NCBI RefSeq assembly: GCF_001194135.2
Contig: NC_069004.1
Span: forward strand, 9,839,311 to 9,872,697
Direction of reading: 5' to 3'
Length of the DNA stretch: 33,387 bases
From: Octopus bimaculoides
Taxonomy: Eukaryota
Every line of letters begins with the position of its first letter. Position 1 is the first letter of the stretch. The translations under genes were made by a program, and so were the position numbers. Below the pieces are notes generated by a model. That model was not told the DNA's origin, made no database searches, and saw only the letters and a list, made by a program, of their open reading frames with translations. Positions 1-12,182 of this stretch are shown here, piece after piece.

Positions 1-114
1 GAGCTTTAGGTGTTTTCGCTCAATAAACACTCACAACGCCCGGTCTGGGAATCGAAACCGCGATCTTATGACCATGACTCTGCTGCCCTAACCACTGGGC
101 CATTGCGCCTCCAC
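1..114 (-). mobile_element. tRNA-derived SINE family A, head only (cut by the window edge)
   Basis: Matches the heads of the full copies at 14582, 17634 and 30916. Pol III A box TGGCCCAGTGG and B box GGTTTCGATTCC. Confidence 0.9.
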
Positions 115-368
115 GAATGAACAAATACATACATGCATACATACATATACATGGGGTGCAATGGGTAAATTGTCACCATTTTATATTTTTAATTTCGTGC
201 ATGCGCATCGTTTTATTTTGATTTTGTCAGCTAAACAGTATAATAGGCTCAGTTGGGCACCGTCTGTGAGAAAAATAGCACCATGACTCAATTCACTTGT
301 TTAAGTACCCATCACTTCTTAATAAATTCTTGGCATGGTATTTCAATATAAATATGGTAATAAAAGGG

Positions 369-411
<43 letters not shown>

Positions 412-440
412 CATGCGTGCGTGCGTGTGTGTGTGTGTGT

Positions 441-650
441 ATCATCATCATCTTTTAACGTCCATTTTCCATGCTAGCATGGGTTAGAAGATTTGAATGG
501 AGCTCCAGTCTATTTTGGCGCTGTTTCTACAGCTCGATGCCCTTCCTAACACCACCAACCACTCTACAGAGTGTGTTGGGTGTCTTTTACGTGTCAGCAG
601 CACTGGCCACAACCACAATTTCACTTGGCTTGACATGACTTCTTAAGTAT
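441..650 (-). mobile_element. Decayed family C 3' end next to (GT)n at 372-440
   Basis: (CAT)n TTTAACGTCCATTTTCCATGCTAGCATGGG. Further decayed copies lie at about 9661-9860, 16520-16700, 16897-17013, 19712-19865, 20815-20985, 23650-23849 and 25625-26095. Confidence 0.75.
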
Positions 651-2524
651 AGCTCTTATGGTTCACAACTATCAAGCGATGTCTAGACAAGGAGACATGA
701 AACACTTACATGCACGCACACAAAGAATCTACACTCACACACACACATATATATCACAGATTTCTATTAGCGATAATTTATCAAATATACTAACAAAACT
801 TTGGTAGATCTGGGGATACAATAAAAAAACACTTGCAAAACGTGCTAGGTCAATGTTAATTACAGGAAGGGCGTCTGGCTTTAAAATAATACCAGTATGG
901 AAAAAGATACATAAAAAAAACAAACAAAAGAAAGGAACATATGATATCTAAATGTGATTGCGTTCATGTGTGTGTCTGCAAGTACATGTATGTGCACGTG
1001 TGTGCATCTACAGTTTCAATTTCTCATTTAATTTCTATACAACTCTGATTCCGTCACACAGTACATCATTTCTCTCTGCCTATCTCTCTCACTCTATGGC
1101 TGCCACTGTGTATGTATGTATGTATGTATGTATGTATATATATATATATATATAAGCAATGTTAATTCTCTAAATGAAGTATTAACAGTAACTGCACGAT
1201 AAAGTGTAGTATATTGCCACTTAAGTGTGGCTGACCCCTAGGGGTGGATGTTACTGTTGCTTTTAGCCCCAGGAGGACATCTCCTCCAGCTGATCCGTTC
1301 GTGCTGCAGATGTTGGTGAGAGGGATAACTACCCTTGGNNNNNNNNNNNNNNNNNNNNNNNNNNNNNNNNNNNNNNNNNNNNNNNNNNNNNNNNNNNNNN
1401 NNNNNNNNNNNNNNNNNNNNNNNNNNNNNNNNNNNNNNNNNNNNNNNNNNNNNNNNNNNNNNNNNNNNNNNNNNNNNNNNNNNNNNNNNNNNNNNNNNNN
1501 NNNNNNNNNNNNNNNNNNNNNNNNNNNNNNNNNNNNNNNNNNNNNNNNNNNNNNNNNNNNNNNNNNNNNNNNNNNNNNNNNNNNNNNNNNNNNNNNNNNN
1601 NNNNNNNNNNNNNNNNNNNNNNNNNNNNNNNNNNNNNNNNNNNNNNNNNNNNNNNNNNNNNNNNNNNNNNNNNNNNNNNNNNNNNNNNNNNNNNNNNNNN
1701 NNNNNNNNNNNNNNNNNNNNNNNNNNNNNNNNNNNNNNNNNNNNNNNNNNNNNNNNNNNNNNNNNNNNNNNNNNNNNNNNNNNNNNNNNNNNNNNNNNNN
1801 NNNNNNNNNNNNNNNNNNNNNNNNNNNNNNNNNNNNNNNNNNNNNNNNNNNNNNNNNNNNNNNNNNNNNNNNNNNNNNNNNNNNNNNNNNNNNNNNNNNN
1901 NNTAATGAATGGAGTAAACCGCATATGTTAACTGGTAGAAACTCCTTTATATATAAATTTATATCTACTCAAGTACCCAAAATATCAAGGAGTTTCTACT
2001 TCATAAACAGGAGTTACACCACAGTTATTTTGTGATCTTTGCTACCCTGGTATCTATTAACCAATTTATTTTGTCCGAGTTATTTATTAATTTGGAGAAA
2101 ATAAATACATACAATAAAATATATATAGATCTATATATATATCCCTCTCTCTGCATATATAATGCATTTGTAACATGCAGTCAGCTGCTAGCATAACCTT
2201 AAATATACAAAAAGCTTGGTAACTATTCACGCTGCTAATATCAACATCAGGAACCCCACCCGCTTCCATTGCCACCACCACCACCACCACCACCATCATC
2301 ACCGTTATCAGCAGTCATGTGAGTATGGGACAAATGCATGTAGCTGCTGAGAGCAGCACAGTCAAGATACCATACACACAAACAAACAAACACAAACTGT
2401 AAACATGCACTTATACAGACACACAAATTCAAACATACATACATATACATACACAAACACACACAATAAACATGCATTTATACAGACAGACACACAAAAC
2501 ATGCAAATTCATATATACGCACAC

Positions 2525-2563
<39 letters not shown>

Positions 2564-2627
2564 NNNNNNNNNNNNNNNNNNNNNNNNNNNNNNNTATATA
2601 TACATACACATATATACATATAAACAT

Positions 2628-2990
2628 ATCATCATCATCATCATTTAACGTCTGCTTTCCATGCTACCATGGGTTGGACAATTTGACTGAGGACTGACAA
2701 GCCAGACAGCTGCTCTGGCAATGAACACACTCAGACAGTGCTGTTAGTGCTCCACTGGCACAGGTGCCAGTCATCGAGTATGGTTCAATTACGATTTTGA
2801 TTCCAATTTCACTTGCCCCAACAGGTCTTCGCAAGCAGAGTTTAGTGTTCAATGAAGGAGAGGTTGGCATGGGTGCCAGTAGTCGGATTTGGTTCGATTT
2901 TGATTTTAGATTTCAAATTCCAAATTCCAAATTCACTTGCCTCAACAGGTCTTCACAAGCAGAGTTTTTAGTGTCCAATGAAGTAAAGAT
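2628..2990 (-). mobile_element. Family C-type 3' end with an internal tandem duplication of about 110-120 bp
   Basis: (CAT)n tail. The unit GGTGCCAGT...TTCACTTGCC.CAACAGGTCTTC.CAAGCAGAGTTT occurs at about 2763-2860 and 2872-2985. Confidence 0.75.
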
Positions 2991-2994
2991 ATGA

Positions 2995-4520
2995 ATAAGT
3001 GAACTGGCTACACTTCTGGCAGAGGCCACAGATTATGCTCTCACTTGCCTTGCCCTACCGAGATTCAATTTACTTATTGATGTCATTACTTCATCTATTG
3101 AGGGTGTGGTTTAAAGAGCCAATGATAGGTCTTTGTTGCATAGTATCAATCACTGTTTCATCCACAACTGACTCATGGTTTAGGAGTTCAGAGAAGTGTT
3201 TGATCTAGCGACCTGTGATTTCTGTTGATTTAGTAAATACAGTGGAAGACTCCTTGGAAAGCAAAGGAGCTGATGTGGAGCTCTTAGGCCCATAAACTTC
3301 CTTCGTAAGATGGTAAAGCTTCTTGCTGTCATTGGCATCAGCAGCAGCCTGAACATCACGAGCAAGATCCTCCCACCAAGTGTTCTGCATCTTCCTGAGA
3401 GATCGCTGCAGAGATCCTGAGAGATCGCTGAGAGATCGCTGATTTTACACTGTTATAGTGGGCAAGTGCTAGATTTCACTGCACAGCAGAAAGTCCTATC
3501 TGTAGCAATAGATTGTGAGCACGGTGCTTTACAACCAACAGTCAATGAACTTCAGCATCATTTTCATCAAACTAGTCTCTGTGTCTGGCAGCAAAGAACC
3601 TGGTCTCGAAAATCTTCCCATGCTGCAGTATTTTCAATGCTGGACAAGCGAGTCTGAAGCTCTTTCCTCAACACAGCATCATGGACATTCAGATATCGAG
3701 AAATGCTGACTGGGCCTCTTCTCTCTTTCACCCTAATCATCATCCAGAACTTTGCTCGCAACAGACTGTGGTCTGTCTAGCATTCCAATCCATGAAAGGA
3801 CTTGACATTACAAGTGTCATAGATATCACACTTGCGAATGATGACATAATCCAGCAAGTGCCAAACTTTAGACTTTGGATGCATCCACGTTATTGTGTGA
3901 TCACCTTTGTGCATAAAATGAGTGCTTGCAATGTAAACACCATGTTCATCGCAAAGTTCCAGCAGCATGAGACCATTGCTATTCATTTCCCCTACACCAA
4001 AACGTCCTAAAGAGTTCCATGTTTGCCAGTCTGTTCCAACCCTGGCATTGAAATCCCCCAGTAGAATGACTTTATCAGAATTGGGGATTTTCCTAAGTAT
4101 GGCTCTCAGCTGGGTATAAAAAATAGTTTTTATTTCCATCACAACTAGTCAAAGTATGTGCATTGGCACTTATTAGAGTAGCAAACTGCCCACCTTTCAG
4201 GTGCAATTGTAGAGTCATTAGACGTTCATTTATAGGAACAGGAAGATCCCTCAACTTCTTAAGGATATCAGATCGAACTGCAAAGCCAACACCAGCCTCT
4301 CTGTGCTCCTCCTTTCATTTCCCCTTCCAAAAAAAAGGTGTACCCAATTCCTACTGCCTCAAGCTGACCATCACCTTTTACATAAGTCTGTGAAACTAGA
4401 TCAATGTTATAGCGGTTCAGCTCATGAGCAACAAGTGCAGTGTGCCTTTGAGGCCTACAATCACTCTTATTATCCAACAGTGTGTGCACATTCCAACAGG
4501 AAACGTTCAAGTTCCATCCA
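2995..4520 (-). pseudogene. Decayed RTE-clade non-LTR retrotransposon ORF: APE endonuclease, linker and the start of the RT region
   Basis: Motifs LNVSCWNVHTLLD, RPQRHTALVAHELNRYNID, REAGVGFAV, NERLMTL, LLGDFNARVG, HPKSKVWHLLDYVIIR, WWEDLARDVQAAAD and SIDEVMTSISKL are spread over several frames with stops and frameshifts. No RT catalytic (Y/F)ADD motif seen. Confidence 0.9.
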
Positions 4521-5508
4521 GATTTTGTAAATAAAAGTCTCTTTGTTTTTCGAGCACAGGGTGGACATCCATCAGTCATGCTAAACTGACCAGATATAGA
4601 AAGACAGGCAATTTTTGCTTCACCTATTCTAGAACCTCCTCGGCCTCCTGGTGAGCAGTGCCCTCCCCAAATGGACACCCATGCAGCAACTGAATCTTAC
4701 GACTGTCTTGGGCGACAAGGAGACTTTATGTTTAGCATGGGCCACCTACGTGCAGGTTGGTGACTACATGCTTCCAACAAGTCAGGTCTGCATGCTTCAC
4801 TATGTTCCCATCGCCGCAGGACTTCCAACTAAAAAATTAAATTAAAATATACTAAAAATATAAAGAGTAAAAGAGAGAGAGTAAATATATACTAAAAATA
4901 AAGATACGTATATACTAAAAATAAAATAAATATATATAAGGAAAAAAATAAATAAAAAGCACGTATCGAGCAGAGGTCAGCAATGCCTGTGCAGAGTTTT
5001 AGGTCCAATAAGGCTTGCACAACACCTCATAGACCCTCTCCACTCTATTGACATTATCCAAAACAAGCCGGAACAAGATGTCTGGTGCCAATATGAGTTG
5101 CAGGCTCAGGGATGTAGGAGTGCCGTGATCTCTAGCGCAAACCAAAGATTCCTAAAATGTCCAATGCCATTCCCTGTATATCTGGTTTTATATCAGAGTG
5201 ACCATCTCCTAGAGATATCCTTCAACAGAAGCTGAGGGGTGCATCACTTCCAGTGGTCTTTGAGCACACCGGACACCATCCCAGAATTTCTGCGTACCCG
5301 TGCAATAGCTAAATAGCCGTTGAGCTTGCACTAGGTTCATCCGACCTTTCACAGGTCTTGTTTTTAATTCCGCTGGGTTTCTAGCAACCCTCCTCACCAG
5401 GATAGCCTGGTGGGGGTGCCAGTTTAGTCACCAGCAACCCAACCATGCAACAGGTTGTACTGGATTCCATGTTACCAGTGGCAATTATGAGAGCCTCAAA
5501 AGTGACCT
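4521..5508 (-). mobile_element. Probable 5' UTR of the RTE element, interrupted by an AT-rich tract at about 4845-4960
   Basis: Relatively GC-rich sequence directly upstream of the endonuclease, resembling RTE 5' UTRs from memory. Confidence 0.5.
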
Positions 5509-5520
5509 ATCATATACATA

Positions 5521-5830
5521 TACCACATATATATACATACATACATATACTTATATATATATAAACACACACACACACATACATACATATACTTATATAT
5601 ATATAAACACACACACATACATACATACATACATACATATACTTATATATATATAAACACACACACATACACATACACACATACATACATACATACATAC
5701 ATATACTTATATATATATAAACACACACACATACACATACACACATACATACATACATACATACATACATACATACATACATACATACATACAAACAAAC
5801 AAACAAATATACAAGCAACATACACACACA
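5521..5830. repeat. Compound microsatellite with a higher-order unit
   Basis: Four copies of CATATACTTATATATATATAAACACACACACA separated by variable (TACA)n. Confidence 0.9.
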
Positions 5831-6440
5831 TTCTGGGAAAATTTTTTTGGAAATTTTGCAATTAAGGAATTCAGAGAAAAGATCACTATATGGAAATGAA
5901 ATGAAACTCACTGAATCACATACAACAATTTTTAATGATAACTTAAATAAATGTTAACAGCCACTTACTGATGGCAAAAACAAGAAAAAAGAGTAGGCCT
6001 TTTTTTTCTCTCTGTCTCTCTCCCTCTCTTTTCTCATTTGTTGGATGGTAGACAAATGCCACTCACATATTCCTATTACCCGCAAAATGTTATTTTTCTC
6101 AAATTATCTCACTGCCTATGTTTTTTCTGTCATCAACTTGCAATTAATTACACTGGTCAACACACATTTTGCTGACTTCGGGGTTTGTGGTTGTTTATAG
6201 TTAATTTTGAGATGCTGATTTCGAATATGGCATCCATTCTTTTTTCTAACACATCAGGATTTCATTCTATAGCATACCTCTATTTTATGATGTACCGTAT
6301 AAATAATTTACTTGGTCAGGATAGTTTACAAAGTCTTATAGCTTCAAACCATAGGATATAATGTCAATAGAATATGAAAGGTAAGATAGCATTGTTAATT
6401 TTCTAATGTGATAGCTAAAATGTAAACCATCATATACATA

Positions 6441-6680
6441 CTTTCTCTCTTTTCTCTCTTTTACTTGTTTCAGTCATTTGACTGCGGCCATGCTGGAGCA
6501 CCACCTTTAGTTGAGCAAAGCGACCCCAGGACTTATTCTTTGTAAGCCTAGTACTTATTATATTGATCTCCTTTTGCCGAACCGCTAAGTTACGGGGACG
6601 TAAACACACCACCATCGGTTGTCAAGCGATGTTGGGCGGGACAAACACAGACACACAAACACACACACACACACACACAC

Positions 6681-6751
<71 letters not shown>

Positions 6752-6915
6752 TACGACGGGCTTCTTTTAGTTTCCGTCTACCAAATCCACTCACAAGGCT
6801 TTGGTCGGCCCGAGGCTATAGTAGAAGACATTTGCCCAAGATGCCACGCAGTGGGACTGAACCCGGAACCATGTGGTTGGTAAGCAAGCTACTTACCACA
6901 GTCACTCCTGCGCCT
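6441..6915 (-). mobile_element. SINE family B: tRNA head, CORE-like domain, internal (TA)n/(TG)n, 3' domain ending GAAACAAGTAAAAGA
   Basis: Collinear with 19301-19701 and 29679-30128. B-box-like GGTTCAGTCC and CORE-like CTTGGGCAAGTGTCTTC. Confidence 0.9.
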
Positions 6916-7069
6916 ATGGAGTAAATAAAATCATAACATAAACAATTAAATATAAGAAATAATAATTTCTTAATTTATGTGTTAATCCCCATGTACCCAG
7001 ACTTTGTGGACACCTTAAACACAAATAATTGACTGACTGAATGGCTAACTGATAGACAGACATACAAAC

Positions 7070-7105
<36 letters not shown>

Positions 7106-9139
7106 CAGAGTAAAATGACAGTAATATGAGACAGTAAAATCTCATTATAAAATCATCACCGATAGATTTCAAATTGTTCTCCAGTTAACTCTAGCCCTAT
7201 AGGCTGTTAACTCCCTTCCTATTTAACCTCATGTAATTTTCCCCTCACTATAGAACTTCCTTTCTCTCACTAGCACAAGTACAATTCTCACCCCACCACT
7301 TCAAGCTGATAGAAGGAAGGAAGCTACTTAAGACATAGCTTAATGGTTTTAAATAGTCAACGGCAAAGGATTGGCTCCTACAAAATCAAACCAGAGAAAA
7401 AAGAAAGAAAATACCATCCCTCCCCCATCACTGTTTCTTCAGTAGCATTTGGCAGATTTTCATGTGTGTCTGTGTATTTTTATATGTATGCATGCAAATC
7501 CAAAAGCGTTTGTATATATCTTGTTACACACACTCATTCACAACTACAAGAACATGTGTGTGTGTTTGTTTCCATGTGTAAATATGTATCCTTGTACACA
7601 AGTCTACATGTGTATGTGCTCGTTTCCATATGTGTATGTGCATCCTGTTACATACATATACACAAATGCACATAAGCACATACTTATATGAACATGTACA
7701 TCTGTGTATACATGTGTGTGTGTGCGCGTACGTCATGGTAGGGGAACACTATTCACATAGGCAAACTGCCAAAGATGGCAGTTTTCTGGGAAATCCAACA
7801 GAGCAAAAATTCTGTGAAAAACCCAAGCATGTGACTAATGTATGTTTTTATTTATGTATTTATTATTGCAACATAGACATGGCTGGTAGGTTAAAATGCA
7901 GGTCTTGCAACCACAAGGTTTCAGGTTCAGTGCCACTAAATGGCATCTTGAACAAATGTCTTCTACTATAGCCCCAGACCCACCAATGCCTTCTAAGTGA
8001 ATTTGGTAGATGGAAATGGGGATACATTGCATAATGTGGTCCTAGATATCCAATAACATCCAATAATGTGGTCCTAGATATCCAATAATGTAAAGTAAAA
8101 AGAATGGTAATGTGAAGATAGATAGAATGACTTTAAATCATGGTTTTATTCATTCGAGGCCGACTTGTTTTAAAGAACACCAACAGCAGCAGCAGCAGCA
8201 ATGACAATAACAACAACCTTTGTCCTTTCTTTTGCCACCCCCACCACCACAACCGTTACTGCCGCTGCCTCCAAAACATGAACAAGCGAATGAGGGAGGC
8301 CTCTTTACAGTAGCTCAGCCTGCTGGAAATGATAGCCAAGCTTTCTTCACATAGCACCCATCTTCTCAGTCAGCAAAAGACATTAGATCATGTAGAACTA
8401 AATATATTATGTCTAAAAACAAGATGGGATGATCATGGCTGGAACATTCTTGAGCTAAAAAAAAAAAAAATAACCCTTTCCCTCCATTTTTTTATTTTTT
8501 ATCCTTGACCCAAATTCCTGAGAAAATCAAGGGAATGGTTTTTTTATCTCTCTTTTTTTTAGGGACCACTTTTTATCTTCACATTCTTTTTAGATATTGA
8601 TTTCATATATATGAAATTTAGCTGCTGTTTCTAACCGCCAAAGCAACCATATAGAAGTTATCTTGTTATTGTTGTTGTTACTGGGGAAATTTTACTGCTA
8701 TTTCCGGGCAAGTCAAGTGAAATATGGTACCTGTCAACAGGGAAGTCNNNNNNNNNNNNNNNNNNNNNNNNNNNNNNNNNNNNNNNNNNNNNNNNNNNNN
8801 NNNNNNNNNNNNNNNNNNCCACATACCCCACCTACCTCCAACCTCTGCCTACCTACATACCCCACCTCTACCCCCACCCTCAGCCTAACCCACATCCCAC
8901 TGTGCTCTCCCCACCTCCCAACACCATCACACCACACCACGCTACACCATACCACACAACACATCACATCACAACACCCACCCACGCACACACCAGCACT
9001 GACCAATTCCCATCCCCACATTTTCACACCTTCACACCTACACATGCATACGTTAAGATCACCAGCATTCTCTCACACACACGCACCTTCGTTTTGGGAT
9101 CACTACTACTTTGTTATCTACCCTTCTTCTTAACTCTCC

Positions 9140-9330
9140 TGTGTGACCCTTCTATCTGGTATTCGCCATGACAGATCGCTAACCACTACACACATTTTTT
9201 TTCTCTCCTTGTTTCTCTGCTTGTTTCTTTCTGTGGAAGAGCGTAGGCTTGAAACATTAAAGACTTTCTCAATTTCCAAGCTGGGTGTTATATCTATTCT
9301 TCAAATTTCTTTGAAATCGGAAATATATGT
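9140..9330 (+). mobile_element. Penelope-like element end fragment with a decayed hammerhead-like motif
   Basis: CTTT-CTGTGGA-AGAGC-GTAG-GCTT-GAAAC-ATT-AAAG at 9227-9262. Confidence 0.5.
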
Positions 9331-10249
9331 ATGTTCACTGGGTTTGTAAAAGAGAGCAAAGCTACAGGAAACCAAAAAACGAATGATCACAATAAGCAGT
9401 CAGCTACCCTACCCTAGTTGTTACCATTCCCCAATGTAAGATTCCTTACCATACAAGTGATGGTCACAGCTGTAAGTTGCATTAGGAATCTATAGCAATT
9501 GGAAGTATAGAGAAATTTAAGATGTTTGCTTCTCAGTCACATGGTTCTGGGTTCAGCCCTACTGAGTGACACCTTGAGCAAGTGTCTTCTACCCTATTGC
9601 TGAGCTGACCAAAGCCTTGTAAGTGGATTTGGTAGATGAAAACTGTAAGAATTCCATTGTTATCATCAGCATTACCATTTAATGTCTGTTTTCCACGCTG
9701 GTATGGGCTGGACAAATTACTTGGCACTGGTGAGCCAGAGGACTGTGCCAAGTTCCACTGCCTGCTTTGGCATGGTTTCTAAAGCTGGATACCTTTCTTA
9801 GTGACAACAACTGTAAAGAGTGTATTGGGCATTTTTTACATGGCCCCAGCCCTAAGGAGGTTACCAGGCAACTCACAAGACACGACCTCTCAACTGAGGT
9901 GTGGAGACATTTTGAGGGAGGTCCAACCCATGCCAGCATGGAAGGCAGATGTTAAACAATGATAACGATGATGATGTGAGTGTAAGTGTGTGTATAACTA
10001 TGTCTCCTTGGATTGACACTGTGTGATACAAGGAGTATTGTTCCTTTCTGCCATACAAGCAGTATTGTCCATTTCTGATATTTTGTGAGAACACATCTGG
10101 CCAAAGGGAAATACTACTTTGCTTGGAAACAAGTAAAGGTTGGTGACAGGAAGGGCATCCAGCCATAAAAAATCTGTCAAACCCATGCAAGCATGGAAAA
10201 GTAGTCATTAAAACAATAAGGATGATGTAAGCATTTTAAGAGAGTATCA

Positions 10250-10494
10250 CATAAAATACACCATTTTGAGCGTGGCCGTTGCCAGTACCGCCTGACTGGC
10301 CTTCGTGCAGGTGACACGTAAAAGCACCCACTGCACTCTCAGAGTGGTTGGCATTAGGAAGGGCATCCAGCTGTAGAAACTCTGCCAAATCAGATTGGAG
10401 CCTGGTGTTGACATCCGGTTCCACCAGTCCTCAGTCAAATCGTCCAACCCATGCCAGCATGGAAAGCAGACGTTAAACGATGATGATGATGATG
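10250..10494 (+). mobile_element. Family C RTE 3' end
   Basis: GGTTGGCATTAGGAAGGGCATCCAGCTGTAGAAAC...CCAACCCATGCCAGCATGGAAAGCAGACGTTAAAC(GAT)n. Confidence 0.85.
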
Positions 10495-10558
10495 TCTGAA
10501 AACCAAGTCAAAATAGAGTACAAGACTGAATGAAAAGGAGTACAAAATATCAACATAC

Positions 10559-10719
10559 CACTTTAAGGTAATATCTGATGGCTAGTTTGTAGAAAGACAA
10601 ATCAACAGAGTAATCCGCTAGCATCTCATATTGTTTCATCAGGCTCTTGATACTCTCACTATCTGCTAATTTTTTCTCTAGTGCTGTCAGTTTGTCCTGG
10701 ACTATTTCACTCTTCTGAG
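10559..10719 (-). CDS. TONSL: Internal coding exon, TONSL-like (AQKSEIVQDKLTALEKKLADSESIKSLMKQYEMLADYSVDLSFYKLAIRYYLKV)
   Basis: 161 bp. Acceptor cttttcttctccaacag, donor gtatgtt, starts phase 1 (matching the previous exon) and ends phase 0. Resembles human LQQQLEEAE...[25 protein letters not shown]. Not represented in the ORF track. Confidence 0.8.
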
Positions 10720-10957
10720 CTGTTGGAGAAGAAAAGATTGAAGGATTTCTTTAAAAAAATTTGTTTATTATTATTGAGTGCAAGAACAATGCACACCATC
10801 AAAGTGACACTGGGGTATAAATATACAAAGTCCAATATACCCACCATGGCTACCTGTCTGATAAGAGTACACCATGCATCACAACTATATGTGCACAACA
10901 TGGTGATATTATTATAATTATAATTATAATTATTATTATTATTATTATTACCACCAA

Positions 10958-11068
10958 GGTGGTGAGCTGGCAGAATTGTTAGCATGCCAAACAAAATGCT
11001 TGACGGCATTTCATCCCTCCTTATATTCTGAATTCAAATTCCACTGAAGTCAACTTTGCCTTTCATTA
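10958..11068 (+). mobile_element. Truncated Nin-domain-like SINE fragment
   Basis: GGTGAGCTGGCAGAATTGTTAGC...GTCAACTTTGCCTTTCAT resembles the start of the Nin domain (from memory). Confidence 0.5.
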
Positions 11069-11169
11069 TTTACATGTTTTTAAGTTACGAAACAATTGTG
11101 ATATTACAATTTTCTTATTGCTAAATAAGTTTCATCAAACTATTTCTGTCATACAATGTAACCTCGTGG

Positions 11170-11345
11170 ATATTGGTGGCGATTTTTTCTTCCTCCGTTT
11201 TTCCCTTCTTTGAACTTCTCGTTTCCGACGAAGAGCTCCGCTCGAAACGTCATACTCTCTCTCTTTCCTTTCCCGAGCGTCTAGTAACATTATCTGTATC
11301 ACGTCCTCACGTTGTTGTTTTTTGTCTTTTTCCTTTTTTTGAACC
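11170..11345 (+). mobile_element. Penelope-like element end fragment with a hammerhead-like motif
   Basis: CCGACGA-AGAGC-TCC-GCTC-GAAAC-GTC at 11225-11251, followed by a T-rich tail and (TA)n. Confidence 0.6.
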
Positions 11346-12182
11346 TATATATNNNNNNNNNNNNNNNNNNNNNNNATATATATATGTATGTTTATGTGTA
11401 TTTCTGTCTAAAAGTTTCAACATTATAGTTGTAAACAAGAGTCACCATCATACAAGAAGTGTCATATATTTTTGGTCTTTTGTGAAAACATGGCCAAGGG
11501 GAAATATCACCTGGCTTAGAAACTAGTGAGGGTTAGCAAGAGGAAGAGCATCCCATTGTAAAATATCTAACTCAACAAATTCTATCTGACTCATGCAAGC
11601 ATGCGAGAGTTAAAACAGCAACAATAAGAATGATGCTGACGATGATGACAACGTATAATATATAAGTATCACTCCTCCTATCACAGGAGGTCATCAAGTA
11701 AGCATATAAATAATTGCTTAACCGCAAATTAAGACATTCCTGGAAGTATGAATAATGGTGGTAAAATTTTTTAAAATAAATAACGTATATTAACTTCAGA
11801 AATTAACACATTTGTTATCATATTTCGGTAGAAATACACTAGCATTTGTCTCAATGAATTTTTAAAATAATAAAGGATTTAAATAACTTAAGTCATTATT
11901 AATTTGTTGTTTGGAACATAAATTAGCAGGAAAAGTTGATTAGGTTTACATTTAGACCACCTTAAAACAGAAAGTTCACATAAAAACAGAGTTGAAGTGG
12001 ATTGGTTTTGTACAACTAAACATTTTCTCAGTGTGTCGAATAAATAAACATCTAGTAAATAAACATCTACTTTTAAAAATATGAAACACAGGAGAGATGG
12101 TTGCTAAAAGAGAAGAGTGCCTCACTAACTTTGCATGTCTTTTCCACATGTTATATTTATAGAAACTAAATATGTTTGTTAA

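Noticed and set aside
1238-2035. Long poly-X ORFs here and at 18922-19428 and 32340-32912
   Set aside because: They are artefacts of N gaps. A TONSL exon could be hidden in such a gap but cannot be assessed.
5510-5911. ORFs of the YVCM/IYIY/HTHT type here and at 2405, 6563-6924, 7343-7971, 16250 and 29635-30171
   Set aside because: They are translations of microsatellites or SINEs.
5509-6440. 12-bp direct repeat ATCATATACATA (5509-5520 / 6429-6440) as a possible TSD
   Set aside because: Low complexity next to microsatellites, and no coherent element lies between the two copies.
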